Assembly (NCBI GenBank): GCA_965262715.1
Contig: OZ253553.1
Coordinates: forward strand, 1,504,001-1,568,000
Direction: 5' to 3'
Origin: Bdellovibrionales bacterium
GTDB lineage: Bacteria > Bdellovibrionota > Bdellovibrionia > Bdellovibrionales > JAUICD01
DNA length: 64,000 bases
The notes under the pieces were generated by a model. It saw nothing but the letters and a program-made list of their open reading frames with translations, did no database searches and had not been told where the DNA came from. Position numbers and translations under genes: made by a program. Positions 49,629-60,342 of the stretch are shown piece by piece (within the stretch, counting starts at the first letter, position 1; each line of letters begins with the position of its first letter).

Positions 49629-50590
49629 GAGATCTTAATTTCCATTCTTCTTCTCAACTTCTAACAAAATCAGAGTCATGGGATGACGCAGCTATATGGG
49701 ATATATCCTCAGAGCCAAACGCTCTTATACAAACCTTAGATTTTTTCACCCCTATAGTTGATGATCCTTATCAATTTGGACAGATTGCAGCTGCAAATGC
49801 TATGAGCGATGTGTATGCTATGGGAGGTCACCCTAAACTTGCCCTTTCTATTTTAGCTTTTCCTGCAAGCATTTTAGATGTAGAGGTTATAAAACCTTTA
49901 ATGGAAGGAGCTTTAGATAGAATACATAAAGCAGGTGCGCTTTTAGTGGGAGGACATACGATAGATGATGACACATTGAAATTAGGATTTGCAGTAAGTG
50001 GTTTTGTTTCTAAAGATAAGTTTTGGAGTAATGCAAAAGCCCAAGTAGATGACAGTCTTGTTTTAACAAAACCTTTGGGGGTAGCAACTCTTATCGCCGC
50101 TTTTAAAAGAGAAAATACACAGCAAACAAGCAACTGGCTTGTCAGTGCCATTTCAAACATGATCCAATTGAACAATGTTATTGATTTTTGCGCTTTAGAT
50201 GATATTCACTGCGCAACTGATGTAACAGGTTTTGGCCTTTTAGGACATGCTTATCAAATGGCAAAAGCTAGCGGAGTATCTTTTGAACTCGAAAGTAGTG
50301 AAATTCCAAAACTACCAGGAGTCTCAACTGCATTAAAACAAGAGTGCTTTGTCAAAGCTCACTTTACAAATGCAGAGTATGTAAGAGATCATGTAGATTA
50401 TGGGGCAGTCACAGAAGATACAAAGCACTTGCTGAATGACCCTCAAACATCAGGAGGCCTGTTGCTTTCTATCTCAAAACGCCTTGTCTCCCAAGTGCTC
50501 CCGTGCCTTCATAGAGAATTTCCACAATCAAAAGTAATTGGAAAAGTTATCAAAAAACAAAAAAATAAATTTATTTTTATAAAAGGTTAA
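49520..50590 (+). CDS. selD: selenide, water dikinase (Cys form)
   Basis: LTQ....GGCAAK, DFFTPIVDDP, GGHT, TDVTGFGLLGH, DPQTSGGLL. Confidence 0.97.
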   Translation: MQKVVNSKSQTIKLTQTVKKGGCAAKLPPKKLQSILGDLNFHSSSQLLTKSESWDDAAIWDISSEPNALIQTLDFFTPIVDDPYQFGQIAAANAMSDVYAMGGHPKLALSILAFPASILDVEVIKPLMEGALDRIHKAGALLVGGHTIDDDTLKLGFAVSGFVSKDKFWSNAKAQVDDSLVLTKPLGVATLIAAFKRENTQQTSNWLVSAISNMIQLNNVIDFCALDDIHCATDVTGFGLLGHAYQMAKASGVSFELESSEIPKLPGVSTALKQECFVKAHFTNAEYVRDHVDYGAVTEDTKHLLNDPQTSGGLLLSISKRLVSQVLPCLHREFPQSKVIGKVIKKQKNKFIFIKG

Positions 50591-50679
50591 ATATTATTTT
50601 TGATTTTAATTTATCCTTGGAAAAGAATAAACGAAACCATTATAGAAATAAAAACTGTGTACAAGGACTTTAATTCTAC

Positions 50680-51650
50680 CTAGTTGTTATGACCTCTACC
50701 AGGGGGGTATGGTTTTATTGGTCGTCTTTGCAACTGGCGAAGTAAGTCAGCAACACGACCTTGTCTTATGCCCTCTTGACATAAAGATTGCGCTCTTCGC
50801 GACATATCTCTGGTGAAATAGTTATAGCTTCCTGCACCGCTTTTAATACTTGCATGATGTCTGGCAATAGGCGTATCTCTTTCTCTAAGAGAGATGACCT
50901 GTTGTGTATCAGTTCTGTTATTATTATCGATAACATTATATTCATGATAGCTTTCAGGAGCATAATAACTCTCTCCATCATAAATAATCTGAGTATTAAA
51001 TAAGTCTACTAGTGAGGTAAGTTGGGAATGGATATTATTTCTAAACCTAGGGTCATTAGTGCGTTTTAAAAATTGTTCAACACTTGAAGCTATTTTTCCA
51101 CAATGTGTCATTATATTTATATTTGGTAACCTTTCTCTTCCATGAAACTCTGTATGAGATGAATTATTACATATATTTTCACGACACTCATCTCTTAAAG
51201 CTTCTGCACGCTGTTTAAGAAATGATACTATAGTCCTTCTGTCCCTTGAACTAACTGTCGAATTATCACATTGAGCCTCTCTTCTCATTTCAGATAAAAC
51301 AGCTACAATAGAAGCCAATCCATCATCATCAATTAGATTAGATGTACAAGAATTATTTTCTGATGGCCTCTGATGATCATCAGGACGAGGAGCAATAGGA
51401 GCAAGACTCCTATAATGACTATTATTATTATTACAAGCAAATGTAAATTCTAATGCAATATTGCCATCTGCCTCAGTTCTGAAACCAGTGATCCCTTCAA
51501 GGTTTCTAGTAGGAGCAGGAGTAGGGGTAGAGGTAGAAAAATAGCCTGACTGCCTTGTAGTCCTCGTGTTGATCGCTGACCTTCAGCTATCTGATTGATT
51601 GTAAGAATGAATAAGAATGCCGCCAAAGATAAATAAATAGATATTTTCAT
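50680..51650 (-). pseudogene. secreted hypothetical protein, frameshifted near 51550
   Basis: Signal-peptide ORF 51450-51650. The 50680-51318 frame stays open upstream to about 51580 (STSTPTPAPTRNLEG...). Confidence 0.65.
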
Positions 51651-52015
51651 CGCCTAAACTCCCTTTTTAATATATTTTTCTTATTATTATTGTAATAAGT
51701 CCTTATCGATAAAGATGAACAAAAACTTAAACAAAAAATTATCCATTTTTATACTATTGTTTATATTTGATACACGTCTATAAAGTTTTTCTTAAGGTGT
51801 ACCAAAAAGAGTTATAAGCCTTTGAAATAAACATCAAAGTAGAACCTTTTTCTAAAAAACAATTCTCTATCTCCGTCAATCAGATTTCAGGCAAAGCTGG
51901 TAAACTGGATCTGGCAACAATTGATAGGAATCCATTATCGGTGTATCTATTTTTCAGAGAAAATAAATAAAGTTCATAGCTAAAAGCTGCTTACCTTTTA
52001 ATAAGCTATAAAAGG

Positions 52016-52109
52016 TTGATATTGATGGCAAAGGATTGTTCTTCCACAGATGAGATCACTTGAAAGAGTGATCTCATCGAGGACTACAAGGCTTTGCCAT
52101 CAATATCAA
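52016..52109. repeat. nested inverted repeat (18-bp outer stem, 12-bp inner stem) downstream of lpdA
   Basis: ttgatattgatggcaaag/ctttgccatcaatatcaa; gatgagatcact/agtgatctcatc. Confidence 0.85.
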
Positions 52110-52138
52110 AATAAAAAGTTCTAGATTTTTAGTATTTC

Positions 52139-53533
52139 TTAAAATTGACGGGCTTGGTTTTTGACATCAAGCGCTGCCTCTCTCATCACTTCACTGAGTG
52201 TGGGATGAGCATGAAAAGAACGACCAATATCTTCACTTGTTGCAGAAAACTCCATAGCAACAACTGCCTCGGCTAAAATATCAGAGGCTCTTGGACCTAT
52301 AACATGACAGCCTAATATTTGATCTGTTTGCTTATCTGCTAAAAATTTAACAAAGCCGCTAACCTCACCAATAGCTTTAGCTCTGCCGTTAGCTACAAAT
52401 GGAAATTTACCTTTGTTATAATCTATGTTATTTTCCTTTAAATATTTTTCTGTATATCCTACACTTGCTACCTCTGGCCAAGTATAAATAACAGACGGTA
52501 GAGTAAAGTAATTCACATAAGCTTTTTGATGAGCGATGATCTCTGCAACAGCCACTCCTTCTTCCTCCGCCTTATGTGCTAACATAGGGCCCTCAATGAC
52601 ATCTCCAATGGCATAGATTCCATGAACATTTGTTTCAAAGTTTTTATTGATCTGAATTTGCCCTCGATTAGAACACTGAATACCTAACTTATCTAAACCT
52701 AAACCCTCATTATAAGGTTTTCTACCAATAGCAACTAAACAGATATCACCTTTTAAAGAACTAGCTTGCTTATCATGATCCTCTACTTTTAAAGTCACTT
52801 CTTTCTTACCTATATTAGCAGAAATCACTTTCGTATTGATCAAAATATCCATACCTTGCTTAGTTAAAACTTTTTTAAGCTCACTACTTAGAGACTCATC
52901 CATTCCTGCGCAAATATGAGGTGCAGCCTCAATCACTGTGACTTTAGCTCCCAAACGTAACCAGACAGAGGCCATTTCTAAACCAACAGCTCCTCCGCCA
53001 ATAACTAAGAGATGTTTTGGCACATGAGATAAGCTCAGCGCTTCAGTAGAGCTAATGACTCTTTCGCCATCAAATTTTAAAAAAGGAAGCTCTATAGGAA
53101 CACTACCTGATGCAATCACAATAGAGTTGGTATTTATCTTTTGAGTTTTTTCATTTTCTTGAATTATTTCTACACTCTTGGTCGAAGTGATTCTTCCAAA
53201 TCCATAAAATAATTGAACCTTGTTTTTTTTAAGTAAAAAACTAATACCTTTTGTTAAATCTTGAACAATGTTTTCTTTCCTTTTCATCATAGTAGATAAG
53301 TCAAGCTCGTAATTCACTTTGATGCCATGCTTTGCTGCATCTTCTTTCATAAAAGCAAAGTGTTCAGAAGAATCAAGTAAGGCCTTACTAGGAATACATC
53401 CTATATTTAAACATGTTCCTCCTACACTAGATTCCTTTTCTACCACAGCTGTTTTTAAACCAAGTTGAGCTGCTTTAATAGCTCCTGTATATCCTCCAGG
53501 TCCTGCGCCAATAAACACCACATCAAAGTCCAT
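52139..53533 (-). CDS. lpdA: dihydrolipoyl dehydrogenase
   Basis: GAGPGG, GGTCLNIGCIPSK, HAHPTLSE. Start probably 53533. Confidence 0.98.
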   Translation of the reverse strand: MDFDVVFIGAGPGGYTGAIKAAQLGLKTAVVEKESSVGGTCLNIGCIPSKALLDSSEHFAFMKEDAAKHGIKVNYELDLSTMMKRKENIVQDLTKGISFLLKKNKVQLFYGFGRITSTKSVEIIQENEKTQKINTNSIVIASGSVPIELPFLKFDGERVISSTEALSLSHVPKHLLVIGGGAVGLEMASVWLRLGAKVTVIEAAPHICAGMDESLSSELKKVLTKQGMDILINTKVISANIGKKEVTLKVEDHDKQASSLKGDICLVAIGRKPYNEGLGLDKLGIQCSNRGQIQINKNFETNVHGIYAIGDVIEGPMLAHKAEEEGVAVAEIIAHQKAYVNYFTLPSVIYTWPEVASVGYTEKYLKENNIDYNKGKFPFVANGRAKAIGEVSGFVKFLADKQTDQILGCHVIGPRASDILAEAVVAMEFSATSEDIGRSFHAHPTLSEVMREAALDVKNQARQF

Positions 53534-53579
53534 CTTTATCATCTCCTTGCTTATCAACTTGAATCACAATAAATATTTC

Positions 53580-54869
53580 TTAAATCTGAAGTAACATCCT
53601 ACGTATATCCTGCATGCTTTCCTTGACCTTCACTAGAAACCCTACAGCCTCACGTCCATCTATAATACGGTGATCATAAGAAAGTGCTACATACATAACT
53701 TTTCGAATTTTAATCTGACCATCTATGACCATAGCGCGGTCATTGATAGCATGCATACCAAGAATACCACTTTGTGGAGGATTTAAAATAGGCGTAGATA
53801 ATAAAGACCCAAAAGTTCCACCATTTGTAATAGAAAAAGTTCCACCACTTAAATCGTCTATAGAAATTTTCCCGCCTTTTGCATTTTGCGCAAATTCTTT
53901 AATCTCTATTTCAATTTTGGCTAAACTTTTAAGATCAACATCTCTTAAAACAGGGACCATCAACCCTCGAGGTGTACTGACAGCTACTCCTATGTTATAA
54001 AAATGATTGTAAACAAGATGATCATCTTTAATAAAACCATTCAATAAAGGATAAGTCTTTAATCCTTCAATACAAGCCTTGATAAATAAGCTCATTAAAC
54101 CTAACTTAACTCCATGCTTTTTGATGAACTCTTCTTGATACTGCTGTCTTAACTGCATGGTATCAGTTAAATCTATTTCATTAAATGTTGTTAATATAGC
54201 TGCTGTGTTCTGCACCTCTTTTAGGCGACGAGCAATAACACGTCGAATAGTTGAAAGAGGTTTTGTTTCTGTCCTTTGCCCAGTAACCTGTGTTTGTTTA
54301 ATAGTTGTTAACTCTAAGGCAGGTGTTTTTTGTGTTGATTCTTGATGTTGCATCTTCCCTTTTAAGTTCTGTTTTGTGATTTTGTTATCTTGAGCTAACT
54401 TCTCTACAAGCTCACTATCAACCTCTGGATCATTAATGATAAGGTGTCGAGCTGCTGGAGAGAATTTTTTAAGTGCATCTAAGTTTTCAATAGGCTTTTG
54501 ACCTGAGGAAGCACCTGATGACCTCTGAGCTTGTTGACTTATTTGCGGTTCTGGTTTTTCATCCACTGACTCTATGATTGGTGGTTTTGAACTGATTTTT
54601 TGAGCCTTATCAGCAGCTTTTTCATCACTAGTAGGTTCTAAGGCACCTACAGAACTTCCTACGGGTATGGTGCTACCTTTAGGTTTCAGAATTTTAAGTA
54701 TGCCTGGTTTTTCAGCTTCTATCTCAACAGAGGCCTTATCTGTTTCTAAAACTAATAAGACATCACCCACTTGAATAAAGTCTCCATCTTTTTTACACCA
54801 TTCAGCGATAGTGACTTCTAAGACAGACTCTCCGACTGAAGGAATTTTAATATCATAACTCACTTGCAA
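53580..54869 (-). CDS. sucB: 2-oxoglutarate dehydrogenase E2
   Basis: Lipoyl motif ETDKA, LTTFNE, YDHRIIDG. Confidence 0.97.
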   Translation of the reverse strand: MQVSYDIKIPSVGESVLEVTIAEWCKKDGDFIQVGDVLLVLETDKASVEIEAEKPGILKILKPKGSTIPVGSSVGALEPTSDEKAADKAQKISSKPPIIESVDEKPEPQISQQAQRSSGASSGQKPIENLDALKKFSPAARHLIINDPEVDSELVEKLAQDNKITKQNLKGKMQHQESTQKTPALELTTIKQTQVTGQRTETKPLSTIRRVIARRLKEVQNTAAILTTFNEIDLTDTMQLRQQYQEEFIKKHGVKLGLMSLFIKACIEGLKTYPLLNGFIKDDHLVYNHFYNIGVAVSTPRGLMVPVLRDVDLKSLAKIEIEIKEFAQNAKGGKISIDDLSGGTFSITNGGTFGSLLSTPILNPPQSGILGMHAINDRAMVIDGQIKIRKVMYVALSYDHRIIDGREAVGFLVKVKESMQDIRRMLLQI

Positions 54870-54965
54870 TCTCCTTTGATTTTCACCTCTTTATAGTCTT
54901 TAAAACATCACTGAAAGTAGGATTCAATCATTTTTAAAAACTCCACTAATCTCCACTTAATATTT

Positions 54966-57743
54966 TCATTGCATTTGATTTAGTGCAATCTGAATGATTT
55001 TTTGTTGTTCTAGTTTATGTCTTTGGCTGGAACCCGTTGCTGGGCTTGAACTAGGAGGTCGCCCTATGTATTTAAACTCTTTTTCTAAATTAAGGGACCT
55101 TAGCAAAGAATACATGTAAAAGCTTACAAAATGAAAGGCTCCCATATTTTGAGATTCTTCCTGAACCCAACGGATTTGCTGTAAATGAGGATAATTTGCC
55201 AAAATGTCTCTTAACTTATGGTACGGAAAAGGATAAATTTGCTCTAAGCGCAAAACAGCTTGATGTTGTTCTGATTTTTGCAAGGCTTGTTTTTCTCTTT
55301 CAGCCATCAACTCATAATAAATCTTACCTGAACAAAGAAGAACTTCCCTGACTTTATTGGGATCAATGGTGTTATCAAGTAAAATTTCCTTAAACCCTAT
55401 ATCTTCAGTACAAATCTCATCAACATGAGAAATCACTTTTGGATGTCTTAAGAGAGACTTAGGTGACATGACAATAAGAGGCTTCCTAAAGTCTCTTATC
55501 TGTTGCCTTCTCAATAAATGGAAAATTTGGGCTGGTGTTGTAGGGTAACACACTTGGATATTGTTATTAATGCACTGAGTTAGATAACGCTCCAGCCTTG
55601 CACTGGAATGCTCTGGTCCCTGTCCTTCATAACCATGAGGTAAAAGCAGCACAATGCCACTCATGCGATTCCATTTTTCTTCTGCAGACACAATAAATTG
55701 ATCAATAATCACTTGAGCTCCATTGGCAAAATCTCCAAATTGAGCTTCCCAAATTGTGAGCATCCAAGGATTAGCTGTTGAAGCTCCATAGTCAAAACCT
55801 AAAACAGCAACTTCCGACAATAAGCTGTTGTGAATAAAAAAGTCAGCCTTTCCGGGGTTTAGTCCACTCAAAGGAGAATATTCTTTTTCTGTTTGAGTAT
55901 CAAAAAACTTAGCATGTCTATGAGAAAACGTTCCTCTTACGACATCTTGACCTGTAAGACGAACACTCGTTCCTTCTAAAATGAGAGCGCCATAAGCAGC
56001 CATCTCCGCAAAAGACCAATTGATAAGTTTATTATCAACATAATTTTGATAGGCTCTTTTGTATTGCTTTTCTAATTTAGGGTGCCAATGAAACCCTTTA
56101 GGAGGATGGGTCATCGCTTCAAATGTCTTATCAACATCTGTTTTAAGAGCTGCTGTCTCTACAAATAAAAACTGAGATTGATCATCATTGACTTTTTTTA
56201 AACCCTTCCAAGCTCCTCCAATAACTTCTATTTGTTTTTTTTGTGGCTCTGATCTAACAGTCTCTAGTATTTCCTGTAGTTGTGTTATTTTATTTTTATA
56301 ATATGTTTGCACTTCATCTGCAGTCACTACACCTTCATTAATAAGCTGTTTTGACCATATTTGATAAACCGAAGGATGGTTCTTGATCACCTGGTACAAA
56401 CGAGGCTGTGTGTACATAGGCTCGTCTCCTTCATTGTGTCCATATCGACGATATCCTAAGTGTCGAATCACAATATCTGACTTAAAAGCTTTGCGGTAGG
56501 CCACTGCTATCTGCGCAACCCGCACGACAGATTCAACGGCATCAGCATTGACATGTATCACAGGAATATCACAAACCTTAGTAATATCAGAAGAATAAGG
56601 AGTTGATCTTGCCTCTTCAGGATTAGTGGTAAATCCAATTTGGTTATCAAATATAATATGGATAATACCTCCAACTTCATACCCTTTCAACTTTCCCATT
56701 TGAAATAACTCGTAAACCACCCCTTGACCTGAAAAAGCAGCATCTCCGTGCATAATAATAGGTAGAATTTGATCTTTCTTGCTATCATTTTGCAATAGCT
56801 GCTTGGCCCAAGTGCTGCCTGCAACGACAGGGGTTACTGATTCTAAATGTGAAGGATTAAATGCTAAAGAAATATGTACAGAGCCTTTTTCAGTCTTTCG
56901 ATCTGCGGAAAATCCTAAGTGATATTTGACATCACCACCTGGATTAGTGAGATGAGCCTCTACCCTACCATCAAATTCAGCTAAGACATTCTTGACAGCC
57001 TTCCCCATAAAGTTAGTGAGCACATTGATTCTTCCTCTGTGAGCCATGCCAATAATAAGCTCTTTGATAGAAGCTTGCTGTAAGATCATCTCTAGAAGTG
57101 TGATACCTGTATCATTGCCTTCTATAGAAAAACGCTTCATTCCTACAAAACGTGAATGTAGAAACTTTTCCATAGCTTCCACAGATATAAGTTCATAAAG
57201 CAGTCTCTTTTTTTGCTCTGCACTGAGACGAGGAGAAATACCCTTATTTTCAAATTCATCGATCAAGAATTTCCTCTTATCTTCAGAACAATTATTAAAC
57301 TGCACACTAAGGGTAGAACAATAAGTTTTGATTAAAGAAGAAACATCATTAAGGTTTTGAGAATTAACACTACTACTGCTTGATGAAGCATGACTATTTG
57401 TTTGAGAGGCTTCTTGCTGCTCAGGTAAGCCTAACTTTTTGTAAAGCTCTTTTGGGTCTTTGTTGATTAAGTTTAAAGGATCAAGCCTGGCATAAATATG
57501 CGCCTGATTGCGTAAGTTCTCTATAACAGACTGGCCTTCAAAAGAAGGTTGTTTTTTAGGGGCTGCACTTTGATTTAAACCAAACTCAAAACCTTCAAAA
57601 AATTTTTGCCACTGTTGATCTACAGAATCTGGCTTTTCTAGATAGTCATTGTAGAGAGATTCTATGTATTCCTTATTGCTATTTGTAAAATAATCCGCCT
57701 TATTTTTTGTTACCACCCTCTGTGTTTTTAAAAAACCACTCAT
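54966..57743 (-). CDS. sucA: 2-oxoglutarate dehydrogenase E1
   Basis: GMAHRGR, GDVKYH, HGDAAFSGQG, WEAQFGDF, GPEHSSARLER. Confidence 0.99.
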   Translation of the reverse strand: MSGFLKTQRVVTKNKADYFTNSNKEYIESLYNDYLEKPDSVDQQWQKFFEGFEFGLNQSAAPKKQPSFEGQSVIENLRNQAHIYARLDPLNLINKDPKELYKKLGLPEQQEASQTNSHASSSSSSVNSQNLNDVSSLIKTYCSTLSVQFNNCSEDKRKFLIDEFENKGISPRLSAEQKKRLLYELISVEAMEKFLHSRFVGMKRFSIEGNDTGITLLEMILQQASIKELIIGMAHRGRINVLTNFMGKAVKNVLAEFDGRVEAHLTNPGGDVKYHLGFSADRKTEKGSVHISLAFNPSHLESVTPVVAGSTWAKQLLQNDSKKDQILPIIMHGDAAFSGQGVVYELFQMGKLKGYEVGGIIHIIFDNQIGFTTNPEEARSTPYSSDITKVCDIPVIHVNADAVESVVRVAQIAVAYRKAFKSDIVIRHLGYRRYGHNEGDEPMYTQPRLYQVIKNHPSVYQIWSKQLINEGVVTADEVQTYYKNKITQLQEILETVRSEPQKKQIEVIGGAWKGLKKVNDDQSQFLFVETAALKTDVDKTFEAMTHPPKGFHWHPKLEKQYKRAYQNYVDNKLINWSFAEMAAYGALILEGTSVRLTGQDVVRGTFSHRHAKFFDTQTEKEYSPLSGLNPGKADFFIHNSLLSEVAVLGFDYGASTANPWMLTIWEAQFGDFANGAQVIIDQFIVSAEEKWNRMSGIVLLLPHGYEGQGPEHSSARLERYLTQCINNNIQVCYPTTPAQIFHLLRRQQIRDFRKPLIVMSPKSLLRHPKVISHVDEICTEDIGFKEILLDNTIDPNKVREVLLCSGKIYYELMAEREKQALQKSEQHQAVLRLEQIYPFPYHKLRDILANYPHLQQIRWVQEESQNMGAFHFVSFYMYSLLRSLNLEKEFKYIGRPPSSSPATGSSQRHKLEQQKIIQIALNQMQ

Positions 57744-57852
57744 TTTTAACCTTTCTTCTATTTACAAATGCCACCTAAAGTTTTTACAGCCAGCTTAGAT
57801 ATTAATATAAAGATGAAATAACAAGCAATAGTAAAGAGAATGTATTTTACAT

Positions 57853-58539
57853 CTAAAGCTTCATTTTACCATCATCTGTATAGATATACTCCATTTTAAT
57901 GTGTGGAAATTGATGTAATTTAAAATACATTCTTGCCAGCTTTCTGAAAACTTCTTTTTGTTCGTATTCACCAGACTTTCTAACACTGTTGATTTGACTT
58001 AGAATAAACTTTCTAGCTTCTATAGGATGAACACAAATGCCATTAAGTACTTGATATAATTTGCCTATTAGCACAAGCCGTCCTTCAAAACATTCTTTTT
58101 TTTTCAAATAAGAGATTTTTGAAATCTTATCAACTTGAGTCTTCTTATTGGTTATTAAATCTTTAATGATCACACTATCTTTATTTACCTTTATCAACTC
58201 AAACAAACTATGTTGATGATGAGAAAGAGTTTCTAATAAAGAAAGTTCATCCTTGTCTATTTTTAGACTTTCCTGAATCTTTTTTGACTCCATAACCTCT
58301 TCTATCGATGTTAGACCCGTTTGTTCAAGATGATAATCAAACAAGTACCAATCTAGAAATTGAGACATTTTGATATCAAATTGATGTGAATCTTCCTCTG
58401 AAGGCAGCAAATAGCCAAAAAAATCTTTTTTAGCAAACTCCACATCCTGTCTATAAACAGCTGCTGTGAAATATGTCACAACTTTGTCTAAGGGCTTATA
58501 ATATTTCATATAGTTTTTTTCTTCTCTATCTAAAAACAA
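57853..58539 (-). CDS. conserved hypothetical protein
   Basis: 228-aa ORF abutting rluD; 'FLDWYLFDY', 'SLFE' motifs. Confidence 0.7.
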   Translation of the reverse strand: MFLDREEKNYMKYYKPLDKVVTYFTAAVYRQDVEFAKKDFFGYLLPSEEDSHQFDIKMSQFLDWYLFDYHLEQTGLTSIEEVMESKKIQESLKIDKDELSLLETLSHHQHSLFELIKVNKDSVIIKDLITNKKTQVDKISKISYLKKKECFEGRLVLIGKLYQVLNGICVHPIEARKFILSQINSVRKSGEYEQKEVFRKLARMYFKLHQFPHIKMEYIYTDDGKMKL

Positions 58540-59553
58540 TTATTTATTTTCAATTCCACTAGCAAAGAGAATATTCAATAGATCATCTGGCCAACCCACT
58601 TCAAATTCTAAATATCGATGGTCATAAGGATGTCGAAAGCCTAATTTAGAAGCGTGCAAAGCAAGTCTTGGTAAATTTCTTATAGATTGTTGTAACTCAG
58701 GGGGTTTTAGCAAATGAATACGCTTTTTTTTACCATAAACCCAATCTCCCACAATAGGATGGTTTTGCTGTGCAAGATGTACACGAATTTGATGTGTTCT
58801 TCCTGTTCCTAATGTTAAATGTAATAGAGATACTCCATTATAAGACCGTATAACATTGTAATATGTGATAGCTTCCTTACCTTTCTGGCTCTCTTTTTGA
58901 GGCACACTATAAAAACGTTTCCTGTCTCTAGGATGTCTGGCAATTCTTGATTTAATTTGACCAGAAGATTTTTGAGGCACTCCAAAGACCAAAGCCCAAT
59001 AGCAACGTGTCACTAAGCGAGATGCAAATTGTTTGACGAGTTCTAAATGAGCAAAATTACTTTTGGCAATGACAAGTAGCCCGCTGGTGTCTTTATCAAT
59101 ACGATGGACAATACCAGGTCTATATCGATTTATTTGGTCACTTTCTAATAAACTTGTTGTTGATTTAAAAAAAGAAAGATTTTTTGTATAGCCAATCAGA
59201 GCATTCACAAGTGTGTCTTGAAAATGCCCAGCCCCTGGATGCACAACAAGGTGGGCTGGTTTATTGACCACAAGAACCCAGTGATCTTCAAAAATAATGT
59301 TGAGCTCTTGAGAAGAAGGCATAATCTGTGTCATGTTATTTTGATTTTGAGAAAGGTAAAGTGTCAGAGTATCACCTTCTTTACATTTGTAAGAAGGTTT
59401 ACAAGGTATATTATTTGCAAAAATTGAATGCTCCTGAAAAACTTTTAAAGTATTTGACCTGGACAAGAAAGGTACTTGCCTAGACACTACAATATCTGCC
59501 CTTTGACCCTTGAGCTTTTGGTCTATAAAAATAGCGATTTTTTTCTTAGACAT
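58540..59553 (-). CDS. rluD: RluA-family pseudouridine synthase
   Basis: S4-like N-terminus, NKPA.LVVHPG, RPGIVHRIDKDTSG, TGRTHQIRVH. Confidence 0.92.
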   Translation of the reverse strand: MSKKKIAIFIDQKLKGQRADIVVSRQVPFLSRSNTLKVFQEHSIFANNIPCKPSYKCKEGDTLTLYLSQNQNNMTQIMPSSQELNIIFEDHWVLVVNKPAHLVVHPGAGHFQDTLVNALIGYTKNLSFFKSTTSLLESDQINRYRPGIVHRIDKDTSGLLVIAKSNFAHLELVKQFASRLVTRCYWALVFGVPQKSSGQIKSRIARHPRDRKRFYSVPQKESQKGKEAITYYNVIRSYNGVSLLHLTLGTGRTHQIRVHLAQQNHPIVGDWVYGKKKRIHLLKPPELQQSIRNLPRLALHASKLGFRHPYDHRYLEFEVGWPDDLLNILFASGIENK

Positions 59554-60154
59554 AAAGAGCTTTGTACAAGGACATATACGAATCTACAACTCTCTTGGTA
59601 TCTAATGAGAGACATTTAGCATATTGTGAAATAAATCCTCTGACAAATACAGGAGCTGGGAGTAATTGATATTCGTTATTCTCAATAGCTATAAGATAAG
59701 GTTTTCCAATGCGTGTTATGAGAGATATCTGACTTATTGAGATATTTTTGTAATTGCGGATACTTTGTAAAAAAGGACCATCAAAAACATCTCGCTCTTC
59801 TATTTGTTTTTCAAATATGGGGTTTTTCTTATAATGACTTTTAATTGCCATATTTCTACTTAATAGCCGTTGTTTTTCTTTATGAATATTCACAGACTTT
59901 GAGATTTCTTTATCATAGGCCTTACGCCTCATAGGATGGCTCAAAATAAAATAGGCTTGATCTATAAGCTTGCGAAGGTCTTCTATTTCCTGTTTAGAAA
60001 ATACAGATAGGACATTGCGATTATGAGACGAATATGTGTTTTTAGCTCTAATATAAGCTGTGTGGATCTCTGTATTAGAAGATGAATTAGGTATTTCTAA
60101 TGTGTCATAGTATGTTCTTGTTGCTTGACTTACTTTGATCATAGGACCCATCAC
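59546..60154 (-). CDS. J-domain-like plus RodZ-type HTH protein
   Basis: 'YYDTLEI...EIHTAY' and 'AYFILSHP.RRKAYD' (no HPD motif); 'YLIAIE....LP..VFVRGF...YAK.L'. Confidence 0.8.
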   Translation of the reverse strand: MMGPMIKVSQATRTYYDTLEIPNSSSNTEIHTAYIRAKNTYSSHNRNVLSVFSKQEIEDLRKLIDQAYFILSHPMRRKAYDKEISKSVNIHKEKQRLLSRNMAIKSHYKKNPIFEKQIEERDVFDGPFLQSIRNYKNISISQISLITRIGKPYLIAIENNEYQLLPAPVFVRGFISQYAKCLSLDTKRVVDSYMSLYKALYV

Positions 60155-60342
60155 TTATTTAGTTATCAAGTGGTAAAAAATTTACATTTACATACAATTT
60201 TAACAATATAAATTCATTTTGTTAAAGAAAAAATGCACCTCATATTTTATTAGAAAAGAAGGTTGCCTTACTTACCTTAAAGGCTAATGCTATTTTTTGA
60301 TCTTGTCTACTGACATTTACTGAAACGATCTATCATAAACCA

